Shown here piece by piece: positions 52,191-64,000 of a stretch of 64,000 bases of DNA. This stretch comes from Eledone cirrhosa (lineage: Eukaryota). The stretch lies in NCBI GenBank assembly GCA_964016885.1, contig OZ024740.1:146258001-146322000 (forward strand), given 5' to 3'. Both the position numbers and the translations under genes were made by a program. The notes below the pieces were generated by a model. That model was not told where the DNA came from. It ran no database searches and worked only from the letters and a program-made list of their open reading frames with translations. Each line of letters opens with the position of its first letter. The stretch's first letter is position 1.

Positions 52191-52949
52191 TATACAGTAA
52201 CGGTAAAACTCACTTGTAATAATTCCTTACACACATCTCACTGTGTAACACACTTCTCCTTGTGTAATATATTTGTATATATATACATATATACATTTAC
52301 ATATGTATATAGCTATGCATTTGTATATATACATGCATTTATATTTAAGTGTGTAAGGATGTTGACATGATTATTTGGTTTTTTTTTGGTACAGAGAAAA
52401 TTCTGTCTCCAGATTTTATTACCTAAGGAGATTAAATACCACAGCTCTAGCTGAAAGCTGACCAGGTTCTCAACCTCATCAAACACTAACGCAGGTCTGT
52501 GTGTGTATGTGTGTGTGTGTATGTATGTATGTATATATGTACGCATGCATGTGTGTGTATGTATATTACACCCACACCTTTCATCACCATTGCTTCTTTT
52601 TATTGTCATTTCTGTTGAAGTTGTTCTTGTAATTGTTGTCAAAGTTGACGTCCTTATGTTCATTTTCTTTGATTTCTTTTGTTTTTCTTTTATCTCCCTA
52701 GGGAATTCGTTGACAAGCTTCTTTTATTTATTTTCTTTGTTTTTTTTCATTCAAATGCATTTACACTGGCTGTCTAAGAGATGTACAAATATGACTTATA
52801 AAACTTACCAAACTAAAGGGGATTCCAGCGCCCCTTAAAGCTTCAAACGCCCCCCTAACGCCTCCTTGCTTCAAAATACCCCCCGGAGGTGCATATGTTC
52901 CCCATTGAGAACCTTTGGTCTACATCAATGGTTCTCAACCAGGGTCCAC

Positions 52950-53727
52950 ACACTAAAATTTGCAGCTGGAATTTGCAGACGACATGGTGTTACTTAACTT
53001 GGCGAAAGATGATCTTCAACTTGCACTTGATAGGTTTGATGTCAAGTGCTGCATGGCTGGCATGAAAACCAGTGCTGCAAAAACAGAGACACTCATCCTC
53101 CCAAGGAAGCCTGCGCAATGCACTCTACATATGAATGGAGTTCCACTGAAGCAGGTAGAGAAGTTCAAGTATCTTGGGTCTGTGTTCACATGATGGAAGG
53201 CAGGAGACTGAATTAAGTGCAAGAATTGCAGGAGCTGGTGCAGTAATGCGCCAACTTCAGCATTCAGTAATCAGAAGGGAAGTAGGTGTGAAAACCAAAC
53301 TCGCTATCTTCAATTCAGTTTTCGTGCCAACCCTTATCTATGGTCATGAATCTTGGGTAATGACTGAACGAATACAATCGCGAATACAAGCAGCTAAAAT
53401 GGGATTCCACCGAAGGGTCTTCAGAGTAACGTTACTCAATAAAGTGCAAATCTTGGAGATCAGAGAGTCACTCCAGGTAATGCCGCTACTTCTTCAAATT
53501 GAAAGATCACAGATCCGATACTATGGGCATGCGGTTAGAATATCTCAGGAAAGAATCACTGGACAGATTTTATGGATAAAACCAACAGGCAAGACACTGA
53601 GCAAGATGGTCATGCTGGGGGATCCAGCCAGATCAGTTGAATACAGTTGCTTCAGGCAGGGCCCACTAAAAGGAGTGTTTGAGGACTCTGCCTCCACGAC
53701 CCTCTCAGGAATAAGTGGGCGAAGAAG
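52950..53727 (+). mobile_element. 5'-truncated RTE LINE inserted in a second hAT-like element that begins at 52926
   Basis: LEFADDMVL...LKQVEKFKYLGSVF and KTKLAIFNSVFVPTLIYGHESW; gaagaag tail; the left flank begins caatggttctcaaccaggg. Confidence 0.88.
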
Positions 53728-54224
53728 GGGGTACAGAGTGGTATTTTAAGAGTCCAAGAAAAAATTATGCTTTCAAAGAAAATATCTTAAGCTTTAGAGA
53801 AAGAAAACAAATAAAACCAAAGCAGTAGGTCAAAATATTCCTTAGGGAATTAGAAATCAAAAGAAATGATACTTGACAAAAGCAATAGTAAACACAAATA
53901 TTAGCAGCCAAATTAAACCCTACAATCTTATAAAAAGAAGGATAATGCTGTCCTTAATTACTGAGCCTGAAAAAAAGGATAGTAATGGCTGGAATACCTT
54001 TGATCATAGTTATGCCCAATTAGGACTGACCTGGAGCTTAAACAATAACTAATTTTTCACTAAAGATTACAATTTGTATTCAACTCGATATTGCTACAAT
54101 AATGAACAACTGAAAATTGTGACACAAAAATCATCATCTATGGTATGAGTTAGATGAAGCATTTTGAGACAGAATTCTGACTGGATGCCCACATTAATGC
54201 CAACCATTGTTTATTTTAAAGACA

Positions 54225-55385
54225 AAAGTTCTAATAAGTAGAAAAGAAGACAGGAAGGTTATACCATCAAGGAAATGGCCTTGTTCAATATGTCATTCTG
54301 ACAGGGGTGGGAAGAAATTCCATAAGGTGCATTCAATGTAAACTATGGATGCACAAAAGATGTAATGGGATTGCAGACAAGCTAACAGAAAAGATAGACT
54401 TTACAAGAGGCAGATGCACTGGGGAAGTTAGCACAAAGAGCTCCGACGAATGTGTAATGTTAGTGTGCATGAGCAACATAGCAGAAGCAAACTGAGAGAA
54501 AAGATTTGTATAAAAAGAATTGGATGTAGTGTGCAAGAAAGAAGACTGCATTGGTATGGACCTGTGATGTGCATGGGAGATAACAGCTGCATAAAGAAAT
54601 GCAGAGAAACCTCAGTTGCTGAGACTCGTAGAAGAGGTAAACCCAGGAAGACATGGAATGAGGTTGTGAAGGCTGACCATAAGAAACTAAACTGCATAAC
54701 ATAAATGACTAAAGATCGCGAAGGCTGGTGCTATGTGCTGCTAAAGAAGCCCCATCCTGCAATATACAATGTGGCCTGACATGCCCCTCCCCCCAACTCT
54801 TCCACCACAGCTCACCAACAGCTATCCCCAATATCACTACAGCTCTCAACACACACACCTCATGACCCCTCCCCACACATGCTCCTAGCTGCTGTCCCCT
54901 TGTGAAGTGGTTGGTGATGGGAAGAGCATCCAGCAGTGGAGGACCTCCCAAACAAAGGGTTGGGAAGACCCTTCAGTCATGCCATGGCATGACAGCCACC
55001 CTAGTGTTTGGTGATCTACACGATAAATGCACCCAGTACATGCTGTAAAGTGATTGGTGATAGGAAGGGCATCCAGCCTTAGAAAACTTGCCAAACAATG
55101 GGTTAGGTGGACCCTTCAGTCATGCCAAGGCCTGACAGCCTCCTTAGTGTTATTGATCTACACAATAAACGCACTCAGTAGAAGCTTACCAAACAAAGGG
55201 TTGGGAGGACTCTCAGTTAAGTCTACGACATGACAACCTCCCCTGTGCAAAACCACACATAAGCGAGACAACAGATCCCTGGCTTATCTGAGAGATCAGT
55301 AGCCACCGCTTCAGTACTGACTCGGTCTATGTAGACCCATCCAACCCTTGCTAGGAGGGAAAGTAGACATTAAAATGACAATGAT
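54225..55385 (+). mobile_element. RTE LINE 3' fragment with a Cys/His-rich motif and an internally repeated 3' region
   Basis: GRNSIRCIQCKLWMHKRCNGI and ERRLHWYG...RGKPRKTWNEVV; a segment beginning ccaaacaaagggttggg recurs about three times at 54945-55240. Confidence 0.8.
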
Positions 55386-57629
55386 GAATAAAGTACAATT
55401 CTTTACACAGCTTACTGCTGAGCAGCCCACCTCTAGAAACAAAAACAAATATCACAGCCTGTGTGAAGTAAAGAGGTAGACAAACGCACACACGTGAGTG
55501 TGTGTGTGTATGGTTTACTTTTCTCCAATGTATATGATGACAAATTTGATTTCATCTTGAAACCAATGATAATGCAGAGTTAAGTCAGACTTAATATAAA
55601 TACTCTCAACTTTGAAATTATCTGTTGATTGCTCTTTTCTGTCATTTGTACCACTCTGTGTATCTCAAATATGGTCCCGCTACGAGCAAGGTATGGCACA
55701 GTCAACTGGTCAAACTTTCATCAATGGGTCCACACTGCTCTCAAGCTGTAAACATAGTTCGTGCTAGGAAGGGCAGCAACCATAAAAACCCAGCCAAAAC
55801 ACAGCCTCGCTATGAGCAAGGTACAGTGCAGCCAACTGGTCAAACCCTCCCCTCATAATGAGACCACCCAGCTCCCATAACACAGTCCTGCTATGAGCAC
55901 GATACAGCACGGCCAACTGGCCAGGCTTGCCTCATAAGTGGGAGCATCCAGTTCCACACTATAAACCTGGATGATTTTAGGAAGGGCATCCAGCTGTAAA
56001 AAACCCAGCCAAAATACAGTTCCATTTGAGCAAGGTATGGTGTGGCCAACTGGCCAGATTTGCCTCATAGCGTGGACAACTTGTCTAACCCATGCAAGTG
56101 TGGAAAAACAGACATTAAACAATTTTTATAGTATTGACCTGTTACATGCATTTATCAGATGAATGGCTCAAGGTCACCCATGGAAGTTATGGACCTGACT
56201 TCAGCATCAATCTGCTCATCAGACTGGTGATTTAACAAAAAATATATATATACATATGCGATGGACTTCATACAGTTTCCATCTACCAAACAAGGCTTCC
56301 CTAACAAGGCTTTGGTCAGCTTGGAACTATAGTATAAGCCCCTTATCCAAGGGACAGAGCCCAAGATCACATGGTTGTGAAGCAAACTTAACCATATAAT
56401 CAAGTTTTCTCTTACATATGCTGTAAATTAACCAGCAAAAGGCAGAGTATCAATTTAATATTCCTATAAAGAGCAATGGTCATGATCTTAGAAGCTTCAA
56501 GATTATGGAATCAAATTATTTGAACTTGTGGTTGTATTAAACAAGGCAACAGATTAAGTCTAGCAACTAATTAAGTCACACTGAGATTTAAACCCAGAAC
56601 ATAAAGAACCAGAACAAATACCATAAGGCATCTTGTCCAACATTAACAATTCTGCCAATCCACCACCCTGAACTAGTACTTTATTTTATCAACCCCAAAA
56701 GAAGAAAGGCAATGTTAAATTTGGTTAGATTTGAACTTAGTGCAGAGAACTGGAACAAATACTGCAAGTCATTTTATCTTATATCATCATTGTTTAACAT
56801 CTGCTTTCTCTGCTCGCAAGGTTTGGATTATTCTCTAATACATGTGCCAGTTCCACACTTATTGTAAGTTACAGGAAGCCAGTCAACTCCAAAGAGTCTT
56901 ACTCCGTATGTAGGGAAGGTGTAGTTAAGAATTCAATATTGAGTTTTCAATGCAAACAATGAGTTCACAAAACATGTAATGGGATCTCTAGCAGATACCA
57001 AACTGCTTGAAACTGCCTCTGGTTCTACAATTCTAAACTGTTTATTTTAAAATGTTTTTATTTATCTAAAAACTTTCCATTATAATCTTATAAAGGGACC
57101 TTTGTCAAACTATGTTCAAAACCCCACTTTGATAATGAGAATTCTATTACTAAATCCCTTCAAATTATTTTCAAAGTTATTTTAAAATCACAGGCAGTGT
57201 CTTTCATTAGAAATATGGTAATAAAAGGTTTAAGATCATTAGATAAACAGTACATGTGATATAATTAACAACAATGTTAGACTAAATAAAAGTACAGTAA
57301 TTAGGGCCAAAATGGGATGAAAGATACAGAGAGCTCTTATCTTTGTTGGATTAGGTTTCTCTCTTTATGCAAAGGACATTCTTCAGGAGGTGTGTATAAA
57401 GAGCAATCCTTGGGGAGCAATGTCAATGTGTATCTAAAGTTACATAAAGTTAATTGAGAAAGTGACTTGTCATCAGGTGTATTGGTCAATATACGAAAGA
57501 GTGTTAGTCATCTTTTTCATCACTGTTTAACATCTGCTTTTCAGTACTGGGGCCGATTAGTCAGGTGACAATGCCTTGCTTGTACACTCTGTTTTTGGCC
57601 AGGTTTCAACTGCTGGATGCCCTTCTTAA

Positions 57630-57850
57630 TATCAATTACATTACAGCTTGTACTAGGAGAATTTTATTATGACTCCAACACTACTACCTTACTGAGTAGA
57701 CTGAGAGTATTTTATTGTGACTCCAGCACTAACAGCTTACAGAATAGATTGGGAGCTTTTCATTATGGCACCAGTACTACCACTTTACAAGGTGGATTGG
57801 GTGCTTTTTATTTGTGGCAGCAGCACTACCACCTTACAACACTAGGGTGC
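57630..57850 (+). repeat. Short degenerate array of the same ~48-bp unit seen at 10175-10830
   Basis: cactactaccttactgagtagactgagagtattttattgtgactccag-like units, about 4-5 copies. Confidence 0.7.
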
Positions 57851-58920
57851 TCATTGTGTTCTTGGCCCAGCTAAGGAGGCATTGATCAGAGTTGGGGAGA
57901 GGGTGAAAATGAGAGGCGTGCAGGTTATATGCTACTGCTGAGATGTAATACAAATAAATGATACATACTGGATGGAGTGTTGAGAATTAATGATGAATAC
58001 TCAATGTTAAAGCATGGAAAGGAAGACCTAACAAGAATTGATGATACTACATCTACAAAGAGTGAGCATTATGTAAAATCAAGGCAATCTTTATAGATCT
58101 GTATAGCATTCCTTGAACACATGCCAACATGGAAAGATAAATGTTAAAATAACAAAGATGATTATGTAGCTCTGAAAAGGAAAGATGGAGCAAAGTGCTT
58201 GTGTAATACATGACAAGGAAGGAGCAGGAAGGTGAGTGAGTGAAGGAGTACACTGAACCAGTTTAAATACAGTGAATTAGAATTAACATATTTAGTGAAA
58301 CAAAAGTTATTGAATAATGAGAGAATCGTTAGAAGGGGCGTGGAAAAATGTTGACTATATATTTGCCTGAATGTGATATGGCTTCAAATAGGTAATATAG
58401 TGAGTTGAAAATCTTTGATCACTTGAGATTATCCAAGTAATTAATAAACAAAAACTCCCTCTGGAGGTGTTTAAAACCTCAAAAAAATGTTGATTAACTG
58501 ATCAGTTAATCAAAATTTTTGAACGATACAGACAATGCAGATCTGGATCGGGTCTTTAAAGCCAACTGATAAAAGCAAGACATGTTTTGGTGTTACTACA
58601 CCTCCTTAGTGAAGCATATTCCACTCAGTCAGCAAGACATAGAGTGATCAATGAATATAGAAATAGAAAGAATATACTGTATATGTAATTCTAAGAGAAC
58701 AGATTTTACTTTCACTTGAGACCTTGCAACTTCAAAAAGATATTAATAATTTCAAAATAAGACTGCTACTTCAAAGTGAGATTAACACACCAAAAAAAAT
58801 ATTTAATAGAAAATACATCAAAACATCATTTGTACTAAGTCTGCTTTCAGTTTAAATTTTATACACAAAAAGAACTCCTTTATGGGATTAAGCATAGACA
58901 AATACAGCAGCACTTTTTAA

Positions 58921-59121
58921 CTCCTGTACTGCATGAGACCACATTAGTAAGACATCCTTAAAAAGTAAAACAAAACAGGTCTATGATTGCATCACATTAA
59001 AATTTAGACTTAAATACTGCAGATTGTCACAACAGTAAAATCCACCAGTAAAAGATATAAACATCTGAATTAAAAATTCCATTTTTAGACATTTTCAATT
59101 TTGCTAAATCGTTACAAGGAG
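58921..59121. mobile_element. TTAA MITE family C
   Basis: ttaa-ctcctgtactgcatgagaccacattag ... tgctaaatcgttacaaggag-ttaa; related copies near 11645-11849, 43245-43463 and 46993-47195. Confidence 0.7.
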
Positions 59122-60455
59122 TTAAACAACAATTATGTATGTCTTCAATGGAAATTTCAATCCATCAGTTAATGGGTGCATTATCAACTATGGAAATATA
59201 TTCCTGGCCTTGAAAATGTTCTGCTAAATGGTGGAGAAAGTTTTCAAACTGTGCCACATGGGCACATTTCAGTATTCATTACAGTCCTTTGTTATCCCTC
59301 TCTCTCACACACACACACATATATATACAGAGCCAGAAGAAATACTGCTAGTTATGTTGTCCTATACTATCAGTGTACTCACTACTAAATCTCCTGCTCT
59401 TTCTTTCTTCTGTATTATACAACCACTTACTCCATCTTTTTTTCAATTGAATTTCCTATCACTAACTACTTTGCAATGTGAACTATTGTTGTTGTTGGAC
59501 CTGTATTGTTACCCGCTTGTGAAATTAACATATAAGTGGCTGAGCATTCAGTATGGCACACTGTGTGACAAGGCTGGCTCCTTGAATTACAGGTACAAAT
59601 AATCTTTTGCAAGCTGAGTAAATCAAGTCACAACCTTACAATCAGGAGCCAAACACCCTAACCAGTAAGCCATGCGCCTTCACACAATGTGAACTATATA
59701 TATTGTAGGTAAATGTGGGGATTGAAAAATAAAAGCAATGATGAAATCTGTGATAATATCAGTCCAAGCTTGATGAATTGACACATATATGTTAGGAGAC
59801 TCCCAGAACTGAATAAAGATATATAATATTTCCAAACAAAACGAGACAACCCATCCAACTCACACCAGCATGGAAAATTGACATAAATTGATATATATAT
59901 AAGGTAATGGCAGTGCCATAAAACATAGCCAGTACACGCTGTGAAGTTGGCATTAGGAAAGACACCTAACTGCAGAAACATAGCCAAATTGGAACATCCA
60001 ACCTGTCTAGCCTCAGAACAGGACAACCTGTCTAATCCAATCATGCATGGGAAATAGATATTCAATGGTGATGATGGGGAATCTCCTGGGGTGAGCAATA
60101 AAATCACTTATGTTAACTGCACCACTGCAATATAACCAAGAACGATTGGGGTGACCTACATTGCTTATGTCAAATTCACTTTCAACTATCAGGTAGCAAG
60201 TACAATGTTGCAACATCAGTATTTTTACAAATTGATGTGTATGTATGTTAACATAGTACTGCTACTAGAAAACAATGAAAAACACTGAGTTATGGTATCT
60301 TATATGCTCAATCTTATAAACTAATTGCCCAATGGTAGTACGGCACCATAACAACTGGAATGTCTTCATACACCAGTAAATAGTTGAAAAAGAAGAAACC
60401 TAATCAATACACTCACACTTCACCTACCAGGTTCTATGCTAAATATTTTTATTAA

Positions 60456-60647
60456 CCCTTTAGCATTTACATTACTCTATATATACTATTATATTTTCAC
60501 AGTAAAGGCTTTATCTCACAAAATATTGAATCTATGAGATTTTGATATTATTTATTTTGAGAACAATACCTTAACAGTTATGGCCGGTTTGAACAGAAAG
60601 AGGCGAGAGAATGCTGGCCGGATATAGGCAGTTTAAATGCTAAAGGG
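60456..60647. mobile_element. piggyBac-like MITE (family A), best-preserved copy
   Basis: Perfect 14-bp TIR CCCTTTAGCATTTA; TTAA at 60452-60455 and 60648-60651. Confidence 0.9.
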
Positions 60648-62987
60648 TTAATCCATTTCTTTCCCTATATCTTTTTTTCTATTAGTCCAAAGGCAAGCTG
60701 GGCTTTATTTCAAAGAATCTAACACTCATTTATTGCCTATATTAGACTGAAGTTGTTCCACATTTCTTTCCAATCAAGTAGATCCATGCTATCAATAACA
60801 ATGGAAATAACATTGAACATACAAACTGGGAAATTTGTGATTAATAAATTAATGGTTTGTAGAAGAGTTAAAGATAATATTTTAATAATTCATTTCTAGG
60901 ATATAATTACATAAGTCTTCAGCATATATGTACAAATGACATATGGGATTAAATGTATGAGTAAATTTGGAGAAACAACTATTTACAGGGACAAATGTAA
61001 GGTTAGAACCCAGGAACTTGTGACTCGAAAGCAAGTTTATAGCAATGTGACTGAGACAGGAAATGTATTGTGTATGTGTGTATGTAAATTTTAAAGAGTT
61101 ACAGACAGAGATATATAAATATACAAACACACATGGTATATTATTATGGTTGATTCTATAATTAAAGTGCAAATCTATCCCTAAGAAACAAAGCCTCTCT
61201 TTCACCTTATTAACCACTATAATAAATAATCCAATCACACACTTCTAGGTTTGTGCTACCAGCCTATATTCTATTCCACTTTCTGTACATAAACATTCTC
61301 TATAAACTAATACATTATTCCTGACTAGACCTCCTCAATATCAACTGACACCAATGAAACATCATAGCACAACTCTTAAATTCATAAACAGCAATCAGAA
61401 AATCCTCATCCTCCCTGTATATGGTAAGCCTGCCATTCTTCAACACTAATCATAAAATTCTTTTAATTATATTGAATGTTATACTTCTGGATAAATAATA
61501 TTTTAACTGTCAATAATTACTAATATGCTATTCACAATATAATAACATGCCGTGATCAAATAATACTTGTATATCTAGAATAAGAAGAAGCAAATAGACA
61601 GAATTGTTAGACTGTCAGATAGAAAGTTGATTTCAAAAACCTGCCAAAGTCAACTTTGTCTTTCATCATTTTGAGGTCGATAAAAGAACCAGTTCAGTAA
61701 TGGGGTCAATTTGTCCTCTATATCTTTTTCTCACTCTCTCTTTCTCCCTTTCTCTGGAAGAAATTGGTTATGTTCAGACCTAGAGGGGGGGGGGCCCCTC
61801 CGCTAAGTTTAAATTGCCCAAGACACACTGTATGTGATTACGGTGCCTCTGACTCCACCAGGAATTACAACTCCATATATACATATCTAGGATGGACAAT
61901 CATAAGCAAGCACCTAACATACAAGCTAGAGAGTATGAAAACGCCACAAACACACTTTATCCTATAGTCTATGCATCAACGAGAGAACCTCCTTATAGAG
62001 TACTTGAAGTAGCCAAGATAATAGAATTAAACTCAAACTAGTAATTGGTGATATAGCATCTGTGATCTCTGTTTATGTCCTATAAGTAAGATTGAAAGAT
62101 GAATATAATGGGCTGGTTATATGAGCCCTTCAATAGTATATCATCATGACAATTGGCAGAGTTGTCAGAATGCTTTGTGGTATTCATTCCGGTACTCTGT
62201 GCTCCGAGCTCAAATCTCGCCCAAGTCAACTTTGCCTTTCATACTTTCAAGGTCAATAAAGTACCAGTCTATTACTGGGGTCAATTCTTCTTCTATATCT
62301 CTTTCTCAATCTCTCTCCTCTAAAAGAAATCAGCTGTGTTCAGATCTGGAGATGAGATGGGCTCCACCAGGTTTAGAATGCCCAAAACATGCCATATGTA
62401 CCAACAGTGACCTACAATTCAAACAGGAGTTACTGGTCCATATGTACATATCAACATTATAGTGTGTGCTTTTAATGGTCATTTGAGGAAACATCAAGTA
62501 CATTTCAGTAATAGTAGATATTTTAATTTACCATTCAAACTTATTGTTTCCATAGATGAAAGCTCTCATCTATTCTATGTATTTTTCAGTAATTTCTCAT
62601 GGCAACATTTTTGTTCCTCTTTATTTAACCCTTACCAAAAGCAATAAGGATCATATCCTTTCGAACACATTTTTCTTCAATAATGTCCTGATACATCTGG
62701 ACAGTGTCTTCAATTTAGAGCTTTTCACACACCTAATCCTCTTTACGGACTATACTGACAAACTTAATCTCTGACTTTCTTCAAATCTAGTTAAACCATT
62801 ATATGTGCTAGGGTAGAACATTAGATAGTGATGTCTGCATAGCAAACATTTTAAATTGGCCTCTATCTTACATTTGCTCTTTTGTCTAATCTAACAATAT
62901 CTAAAACCTCCTTGATTGCTACATGCAACACTTTTCAACCCTAGATGTATCATCAATATGAATCATATATGTCCATACCAACTTAGC

Positions 62988-63960
62988 TCTTGGGAGATGA
63001 ATATCACTGATGCATTCGACAATCGAAAAGGTAGTGAGCTGGTTGAACCCTGTGAGACCAGCAGATGGGCGGCACATAACTCTCTGTAGATATAGGTGTC
63101 AGACGATTTGTTGGAACCTAGGTTAACTCGCTGCTCAGAAGCCTTAGACTAGTGGCAAAAGAAACAACTTTCAAGGAAATTGTCAGAGGCAGCTGAAAAA
63201 GCGCTCAGAAGCCTTAGACTGGTGGCAAAAGAAACAACTTTCAAGGAAATTGTCAGAGGCAGCTGAAAAAGCGCCCAAGAAGCCTTAGACTGGTGGCAAA
63301 AGAAACAACTTTCAAGGAAATTGTCAGAGGCAGCTGAAAAAGCGCCCAAGAAGCCTTAGACTGGTGGCAAAAGAAACAACTTTCAAGGAAATTGTCAGAG
63401 GCAGCTGAAAAAGCGCCCAAGAAGCCTTAGACTGGTGGCAAAAGAAACAACTTTCAAGGAAATTGTCAGAGGCAGCTGAAAAAGCGCCCAAGAAGCCTTA
63501 GACTGGTGGCAAAAGAAACAACTTTCAAGGAAATTGTCAGAGGCAGCTGAAAAAGCGCCCAAGAAGCCTTAGACTGGTGGCAAAAGAAACAACTTTCAAG
63601 GAAATTGTCAGAGGCAGCTGGAAAAGCGCTCAGAAGCCTTAGACTGGTGGCAAAAGAAACAACTTTCAAGGAAATTGTCAGAGGCAGCTGGAAAAGTGCT
63701 CAGAAGCCTTAGACTGGTGGCAAAAGAAACAACTTTCAAGGAAATTGTCAGAGGCAGCTGAAAAAGCGAGTCACTACATCAGGCTCAAGAGAAGACGAAT
63801 GGTGCACGGGACACACTGAGATGGATGGAGACATCAGACTCATCTAATTTTGTACTGATGGGCAGTTTTATCATTTATATTGATGCATGGCACTAAGTAG
63901 TTCTGGTGTCATGGTGAAAAGGGCCAACACACCTACAGAGTTGCTTCACCCCTTGAAGTG
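62988..63960 (+). mobile_element. Decayed 3' end of a restriction-like-endonuclease non-LTR retrotransposon (HERO/NeSL-like)
   Basis: Frameshifted translation SWEMNITDAF...ELVEPCETSRW / VDIGVRRFVGT*VNSLLRSL / SRKLSEAAEKASHYIRLKR resembles the HERO C-terminus (PWE...VEVGCRGF...EAAEKASRWLWLKR), recalled from memory. Confidence 0.7.
63133..63767 (+). repeat. Near-perfect tandem array, 9 copies of a 70/71-bp unit
   Basis: Units start at 63133, 63203, 63273, 63344, 63415, 63486, 63557, 63628 and 63698; no spacers. Confidence 0.96.
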
Positions 63961-64000
63961 ACATTGACTATTGCATTTGGAGACAGGGTACTGCAGTACA

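Larger units (their letters stand above)
51472..52917. mobile_element. Non-autonomous hAT element (1446 bp) filled with microsatellites and captured or inserted fragments
   Basis: Perfect 13-bp TIR CAAAGGTTCTCAA / TTGAGAACCTTTG; perfect 8-bp TSD GTCTACAT at 51464-51471 and 52918-52925. Confidence 0.88.

Noticed and set aside
63133-63767. Possible CRISPR array
   Set aside because: The units are head-to-tail with no unique spacers, there are no cas genes, the context is eukaryotic, and the unit derives from retroelement sequence.

Overview
AT-rich, repeat-dense animal genomic DNA. It is probably a cephalopod mollusc such as octopus, inferred from the SINE, RTE and MITE repertoire and not proven. 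No prokaryotic features or CRISPR arrays were seen. The only host gene I can support is an ACTL6/BAF53 (ARP4-family actin-related protein) gene on the minus strand. Eleven internal coding exons were mapped between 24373 and 4593 (1085 nt, one continuous frame). The first coding exon and the last exons were not found in the window. Its intron 15936-20952 is a clear U12 (minor spliceosome) GT-AG intron. The rest is decayed mobile DNA: RTE and CR1-type LINEs, tRNA-derived SINEs, TTAA-flanked piggyBac-like MITEs, hAT and Tc1/mariner MITEs, a Helitron-like element, and a HERO/NeSL-like retroelement tail carrying a young 9-copy 70/71-bp array. The most unusual signal is a pair of minimal type I hammerhead-ribozyme-like motifs on the minus strand (51651-51694 and 51989-52053) inside a hAT-bounded element. 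All calls were made by eye, and coordinates of decayed repeats are approximate.
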